From Candidatus Palauibacter sp. (GTDB taxonomy: Bacteria > Gemmatimonadota > Gemmatimonadetes > Palauibacterales > Palauibacteraceae): 64,000 nucleotides of DNA. Below are positions 59,194-64,000 of this stretch, one piece after another (position 1 is the first letter of the stretch; every line of letters starts with the position of its first letter). A program made the translations under genes and the position numbers. The stretch spans positions 599,786 to 663,785 of the forward strand of contig NZ_OZ250143.1 in the NCBI RefSeq assembly GCF_965237495.1, in the 5' to 3' direction. Under the pieces are notes generated by a model. The model was not told where the DNA came from and did not search any database. It saw nothing but the letters and a program-made list of their open reading frames with translations.

Positions 59194-60415
59194 TCACCGG
59201 ATCGGATCGGCCTCCGAGGCCCGGTCCCCGCCGACCAGATAGGCCGTCCAATCGGTCATGAGCCGCCGCCGCCGCTCGAACAGGTCCGTGCGCCGGTACG
59301 CCGCCTCGACCTGGTTGCGCACTTTGTGTGCCAGCGCCGCCTCCGCCACCTCGCGCGGATGATCCGTCTCCTCGGCCGCCCAGTCCCGAAAGCTCGACCG
59401 GAACCCGTGCGGCACCGCCTCGATCCGGGCCACCTTGAGTAGGTGCCAGATGGCGGTGCGCCCGAGCGGTGCCCCGCGCACGCCCGGAAAGATGATCGGC
59501 CCGCCCCGACCGAGTCGGCGCGTCTCCTCCAGAATCTCGAGCGCACGCCCGCTCAAGGGCACCCGGTGCTCCCGGTTCCCCTTCGTGCGCGGGGCCGGGA
59601 TCGTCCATACCCCCTCGGCCAAGTCGATCTCCGTCCACACCGCACCGCGCACCTCGCTCGAACGCGTGGCCGTCAGCACCAGGAACTCGAAGGCCAACTT
59701 CACTGCCGCCCTCCCGTTCGACGCCCGAACCGTTTCGATGGCCGACGCCACCTCGCCGTGCGGCAGCGCCGCCAGATGTTGCGTGCGGTCCGCCTGCGCT
59801 CCGAGCACCGGACCGATCCGGTCGCACGGGTTGTCGGGCCAGGCCCATCGCCACGGCCCACTCCATGACCGCGCGCATCCGCTGGCGCAGCTTCCGGGCC
59901 GTGGCCGCCTTCTCGTGCCACATCGGGGCCAGGATCCCGATCACGTCGGCGCTGGTCACCTCCGAGACCGGCATCTCGCCGATCCGGGGCAGGACATGGC
60001 GCTCAAGGCTGTTCAGCCACACGTGCGCGTGCCGGGTGGAGCGCCAGCCCGGCCGGAGTTGCTTCCAGACCCGCTGGGCCGTCTCCTCGAAGCTGGGCAT
60101 CGACTCGGTCCGCCGCCTGTCGGCCAGCGGGTCGCCCCCCTCGCGCGCCACCTTCCGGTTCGCAAACGCCTTCTCGCGCGCTTCCTTCAGGGAAACCAGC
60201 GGATATCCGCCGAGCCCGAGTTCGGTTCGGCGGCCCCGGATCGTGATCCGCTGGATCCATCCCCGGCTTCCCGTGGGCCGGACATCGAGATAGAGGCCGT
60301 TGCCGTCGCAGTACCGTCCGGCCTCGCTTACGTTGCGGACGAAGGCGGGCGAGAGCGCGTTCTGGGGATGCCGGCCGTGCGGCTTGCGTTGCGGAGGTCG
60401 GTTTGAGAGCGTCAT
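59194..60415 (-). pseudogene. int: P4-type tyrosine integrase with one frame break near 59835-59845
   Basis: The N-terminal arm-binding-like part, MTLSNRPPQRKP...GRYCDGNGLYLDVRPTGSRGWIQRITIRGRRTELGLGGYPLVSLKEAREKA..., is in the frame of ORF 58955..60610. The catalytic part is in ORF 59194..59808 (...LTATRSSEVRGAVWTEID...HRVPLS...HGFRSSFRDWAAE...LAH...AYRR). The join should read ...AMGL..DNPCDRIGPVLG. The span is 1222 nt (3n+1). Confidence 0.75.
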
Positions 60416-60678
60416 ACCTACCAATCTACCCGCCACAGCCTGCTGGATGCAAGGGAATGACGTCAGCCGACTTGGGACGAGGTGGATGCTCCTATCTCGC
60501 GATAAGGCAACATATTCAAGCCATTCGTGGACGTTATGGGACTCCGGTGCACGACCCGAGTAGTCTGTGGAATACAGCCCCGCGGGAACGTCCCTAACCG
60601 AAGAACCCAATAAAGACGGGCGTTTCGCGACGCGAAGCCGGCCGGGCGAACTGACAACTCTGCGGGAGATTCTGAACG

Positions 60679-61842
60679 ATGAAGAAGACGGGAAGGACGG
60701 CTTCCACGGACGCCGTACACGCGGGTCAGCAGGAGCCGAGGCCCGAGGGGGCGATCGTCACGCCGATCTACCAGACGGCCAACTATGTGCTTCAGGGCGA
60801 GGACTACCACGATATCGGGTATATCCGGCTCAGCACGACGCCCAACCACCGCGTGCTGGGCGCGCGCATCGCCGCGCTCGAGCGGACGGAGACGGCGCTC
60901 GTCCTGGCCAGCGGCATGGCGGCGATCTCGGGGTCGCTGCTCACCGTGCTGTCGGCGGGGGATCACGCGCTCGTGCAGGACACGCTGTACGGCGGCACGG
61001 CGAGCTTCCTCCAGCAGGATCTGCCGCGGTTCGGGGTTACGCATACGGTGATCGATCCGCAGGACCCGTCGACCTGGGCCGCGCAGCTGAGGCCGACCAC
61101 GCGGGCGATGTACGTGGAGACGATCACGAATCCCCTCGTGCAGGTCGCGGACCTGGAGGCGGTGGTTGCGTTCGCACGCGAGCACGGGCTGGTGACGCTG
61201 ATCGACAACACGTTCGCGAGCCCGGTCAACTTCAGGCCCGCGGAGATCGGCTTCGATCTCGTGCTCGAGAGCTGCACGAAGTACATGAACGGGCACAGCG
61301 ACATCGTGGCCGGGAGCGTGGCCGGGTCGGCCGATCTGGTGCGCCGCGTGAAGGTGATGCACGACCACCTGGGCGGGGCGCTCGACCCGCACGCGGCGTT
61401 CCTGCTCGAGCGCGGGCTCAAGACGCTGAGCGTGCGGGTCCGTGAGCAGAACGCGTCGGCCGGGCGGCTGGCCGCGCTGCTCGAAGCCCACCCCGCGGTG
61501 TCGGTCGTGCACTATCCGGGGCTGGAGAGCCACGCCCAGCACGGGCGTGCCGCGCGCCTGTTCGACGGTTTCGGCGGGATGATGTCGTTTGAACTCGCGG
61601 GCGGAGTCGACGCGGCCCAGGCCTTCATGGCCGCGCTGACGATTCCGGTGGCCGCGGCCAGTCTCGGCGGCCCGGAGTCGCTCGTCATACGGCCCGCCGC
61701 CGTGACCCACGCGGGGCTGCCGGCCGAGGAGCGGGCGCGGAGCGGCGTCACGGACGGTCTCGTCCGTCTGTCCGTGGGGCTCGAAGGCGTCGAGGACCTG
61801 GCCGCCGACCTGACCGCAGCGCTCGCGGGCCTGTCCGCGTGA
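60679..61842 (+). CDS. Cys/Met-metabolism PLP enzyme (cystathionine gamma-synthase/lyase family)
   Basis: ...TPIYQTANY...NHRVLGARIAALE.TE.ALVLASGMAAI...YVETITNPL...LIDNTFASP...VLESCTKYMNGHSD.... Confidence 0.85.
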   Translation: MKKTGRTASTDAVHAGQQEPRPEGAIVTPIYQTANYVLQGEDYHDIGYIRLSTTPNHRVLGARIAALERTETALVLASGMAAISGSLLTVLSAGDHALVQDTLYGGTASFLQQDLPRFGVTHTVIDPQDPSTWAAQLRPTTRAMYVETITNPLVQVADLEAVVAFAREHGLVTLIDNTFASPVNFRPAEIGFDLVLESCTKYMNGHSDIVAGSVAGSADLVRRVKVMHDHLGGALDPHAAFLLERGLKTLSVRVREQNASAGRLAALLEAHPAVSVVHYPGLESHAQHGRAARLFDGFGGMMSFELAGGVDAAQAFMAALTIPVAAASLGGPESLVIRPAAVTHAGLPAEERARSGVTDGLVRLSVGLEGVEDLAADLTAALAGLSA

Positions 61843-62789
61843 AGCCGCCCGGCCTGCCGGACATCGAGGCGGCGCGGGAGCGCGTCTACGCGGCGGCGCT
61901 CCGCTCCCCGCTCTTCCGCCTCGGCGTCGACGGAGGGCCCGAGATCTGGCTCAAGCTGGAGAACCTGCAGCCGATCGGCTCGTTCAAGATCCGCGGCTCG
62001 GCGAACGCGATCGGTCTGATTCCGCCCGAGGAGTTGACGGCGGGCGTGTGGACGGCGAGCGCGGGGAACATGGCGCAGGGGGTCGCCTGGAACGCCCGGC
62101 GGCTCGGCGTCCCGTGCTCGGTCGTCGTACCGGAGACGGCGCCGCGGCTCAAGCTGGACGCGATCGCCCGACTGGGCGCGACCGCCGTCAAGACCTCCGT
62201 CGCCTCCTGGTTCGAGGTCTTCCGCACGCAACGTTTCGAGGGGATGACGGGACGTTTCGTGCATGCGTTCATGGACCGTGACGTGATGGCGGGCAACGGC
62301 ACGATCGCGCTCGAACTGATCGAGGATCTCCCGAACGTGGACGCCGTCATCGTGCCGTTCGGGGGCGGCGGGCTGGCGTGCGGCATCGCGGCCGGCCTGC
62401 GCGCCCTCGTGCCCGATGTTCCCGTGTACGCCTCGGAAGTCGTCGGCCAGGCCCCGTTCGCGGAATCGCTACGCGCCGGCCGGGCCGTCTCGATCCCCTA
62501 CACGCCCTCCTTCGTTGACGGTATCGGGGGACCGCACGTGGAACCCGCCATGTGGGGACTGGCGCGGGACCTCCTCGCGGGCTCGGTGGAAATCACGCTC
62601 GCGGACACCGCCCGCGCGATCCGGCGGCTCGCGACCCGCAACCGCGTCGTGGCCGAGGGCGCCGGCGCTTCCTCGGTCGCGGCCGCCCTGTCGGGGGCCG
62701 TCAGGGGGGACAAAATTGTCTGCATCGTGTCCGGGGGGAATCTGGATCCGTCCAGCCTGGCGACCATCCTACAGGGCGGGGTGCCCTGA
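61839..62789 (+). CDS. PALP-family PLP enzyme (threonine/serine dehydratase-like)
   Basis: GTGA overlap with the upstream stop. ...LKLENLQPIGSFKIRGSANAI...ASAGNMAQGVAW...VVVPE.AP..K...GNGTIALELIEDLP..DAVIVPFGGGGL. Confidence 0.8.
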   Translation: MKPPGLPDIEAARERVYAAALRSPLFRLGVDGGPEIWLKLENLQPIGSFKIRGSANAIGLIPPEELTAGVWTASAGNMAQGVAWNARRLGVPCSVVVPETAPRLKLDAIARLGATAVKTSVASWFEVFRTQRFEGMTGRFVHAFMDRDVMAGNGTIALELIEDLPNVDAVIVPFGGGGLACGIAAGLRALVPDVPVYASEVVGQAPFAESLRAGRAVSIPYTPSFVDGIGGPHVEPAMWGLARDLLAGSVEITLADTARAIRRLATRNRVVAEGAGASSVAAALSGAVRGDKIVCIVSGGNLDPSSLATILQGGVP

Positions 62790-62853
62790 GCTCCCCGCGG
62801 GGTGGCCGGCTTCCCCACCGAGATCCCGAACGACCTTGCGGAGGGCGTGAATC

Positions 62854-63474
62854 ATGACCGACCCGCCGGCCCGCGGCTCCCCGATGACGCTCACCGCCTC
62901 CCAGGTGTCGCTGGTCCTGAAGCGCGCGGCCGAGATCGACGCCCGCGGTGACTCGATGAGCGTCGAGGAACTGGAGCGCATCGCGAGCGAGGCGGGGATC
63001 GATCCGCGGGCGACCAGAACGGCGATCGCGGAACTGGTCGCGGCGGAGATGCCCACCCCCGCCCCCGAGTCCAGACCTCCGGCGGTCACCACGGCTCGCG
63101 CCGGCAAACCGACCACTCCCTCTCCCGGACGCATCCTCGCCGGCGGGGCGGTCGGGGTGGCCTTCGGATTCCTCTTCGCGAGCTCGCTGGGGGGCGCCAT
63201 CGCGGCATCCGGCGGCACGATGATCTACCTCATACTACGCGCCGTGCAGGGCATGAAGCGCGGCAGCCAGCTCGATTTCCAGCTCCAGAACTTCACCCTC
63301 TGGTTCGTGGCGGGGCTGATAACTGCGGCCGCGCTGGGGGCGGAGGCCCTCATGCTGATGTTGCCCTGCTGGATCCTCACTTCGATCGTCGGCGGACTCC
63401 TCGTCCGCTTCGGACCCAGGGACGAGATGCCGGAGGAAGACGTCCCGCAGATCGAGGCCGTGACGTATGACTGA
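62854..63474 (+). CDS. Unknown membrane protein, copy 1 of a tandem pair
   Basis: MTDPPARGSPMTLTASQVSLVLKRAAEIDARGDSMSVEELERIASEAGIDPRATRTAIAEL, a P/T-rich linker, two or three TM segments, and a conserved KRGSQLDFQLQNF. Confidence 0.6.
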   Translation: MTDPPARGSPMTLTASQVSLVLKRAAEIDARGDSMSVEELERIASEAGIDPRATRTAIAELVAAEMPTPAPESRPPAVTTARAGKPTTPSPGRILAGGAVGVAFGFLFASSLGGAIAASGGTMIYLILRAVQGMKRGSQLDFQLQNFTLWFVAGLITAAALGAEALMLMLPCWILTSIVGGLLVRFGPRDEMPEEDVPQIEAVTYD

Positions 63475-64000
63475 CCCCCCCGCAGCCGGCCCCCCGATGA
63501 AGCTCAGCACATCCCAGGTCTCCCTGATTCTTCAGCGCGCGGCCGAGATCGACGCTCGCGGCGACACGCTGAACGTCGAGGAATTGGAGCGCATCGCCGC
63601 CGAAGCGGGGATAGATCCGCGGGCGACGAGAACGGCGATCGCGGAGTTCATCGACGAGGAGATGCCCGCCCCGAAGCCACAGGTTCCGGCGGTCGCGGAG
63701 GCTCGGCCCGGGACCTCGGCCACGCCCTCCGCCGGGCGCATCGTCGCGGGCGGAGCGGTCGGTCTGGCCTGCGGGTTCATCATCTCCCTCGAGGTTACGG
63801 GCGCGGCGCTGGGCGTTGGCGTCAGCGTGATCTACTTCCTGCTGCGCGCGGCACAGAGCATGAAGCGCGGCAGCCAGCTCGACTTCCAGTTCCAGAACTT
63901 CGCCCTCTGGTTCGGCACGGTGATCGGCGCCCTCGCGACGGATTTCTTCTTCCCCGGGGAGATCATTGGGCCGGTGCTCCTGGTCTGGTTGGCCACCTCG
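63471..64000 (+). CDS. Unknown membrane protein, copy 2 of the tandem pair (runs off the window)
   Basis: The ATG overlaps the copy-1 stop (ATGA). MTDPPAAGPPMKLSTSQVSLILQRAAEIDARGDTLNVEELERIAAEAGIDPRATRTAIAEF...KRGSQLDFQFQNF.... Not in the track because it has no stop in the window. Confidence 0.6.

Noticed and set aside
60416-60678. A SAM or other riboswitch upstream of the cystathionine-synthase-like gene.
   Set aside because: No resemblance to the SAM-I/II consensus elements I can recall, and the region is more likely the edge of the integrase-bearing element.

Overview
GC-rich bacterial chromosomal window in which conserved housekeeping blocks alternate with decayed accessory DNA. No rRNA, tRNA or CRISPR array was found by eye.

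(1) 1-10320: a type I Zorya anti-phage operon (zorA-zorB-zorC-zorD, minus strand). Three IS elements interrupt it: IS256-like and IS630-like in zorA, and IS21-like in the 3' end of zorC. Their inverted repeats and target-site duplications are readable, so zorA and zorC can be rejoined in frame in silico. zorD also has a frame break at a homopolymer. An IS1380-like transposase flanks the locus.

(2) 12.4-18.4 kb: a class IV aminotransferase and a 5'-truncated, frameshifted paralogue bracket a RelE/ParE-like remnant. The block also holds an orphan RHH gene, a photolyase N-terminal remnant, a RhuM-Fic/Doc fusion and a VapBC pair.

(3) 18.6-33.3 kb: an intact, tightly overlapped eight-gene MoxR / DUF58 / BatA / VWA / DUF4159 / TPR-metalloprotease / DUF4175 cluster.

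(4) 33.3-37 kb: a TauE/SafE permease, a truncated HEPN-like gene abutting a 54-nt ghost copy of the DUF4175 gene's 3' end, and an ABC-type ATPase + DUF4276 pair whose DUF4276 gene has a broken frame.

(5) 37-48.5 kb: metabolic and transport genes, namely ornithine cyclodeaminase, a steroid-reductase-like gene, a second VapBC, a PBP / HAMP-only / OFA-MFS operon, acnA and a ZIP / FGE-like / ZIP trio.

(6) 48.5-53 kb: a more AT-rich islet with an IS30 remnant, an S1 protease translationally coupled to a lipoprotein, and an IS1182/IS5-like element ending on the stop codon of a response regulator.

(7) 54.8-60.6 kb: a putative integrative mobilizable element carrying an oriT-like hairpin, mobC, a relaxase with two out-of-frame nested genes, a membrane-anchored pentapeptide-repeat protein and a P4-type integrase.

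(8) 60.7-64 kb: two PLP enzymes and a tandem pair of unknown membrane proteins.

Every frame break I found lies in an accessory, mobile or regulatory gene. None lies in the long housekeeping ORFs. All family assignments come from reading motifs by eye; no searches were run.
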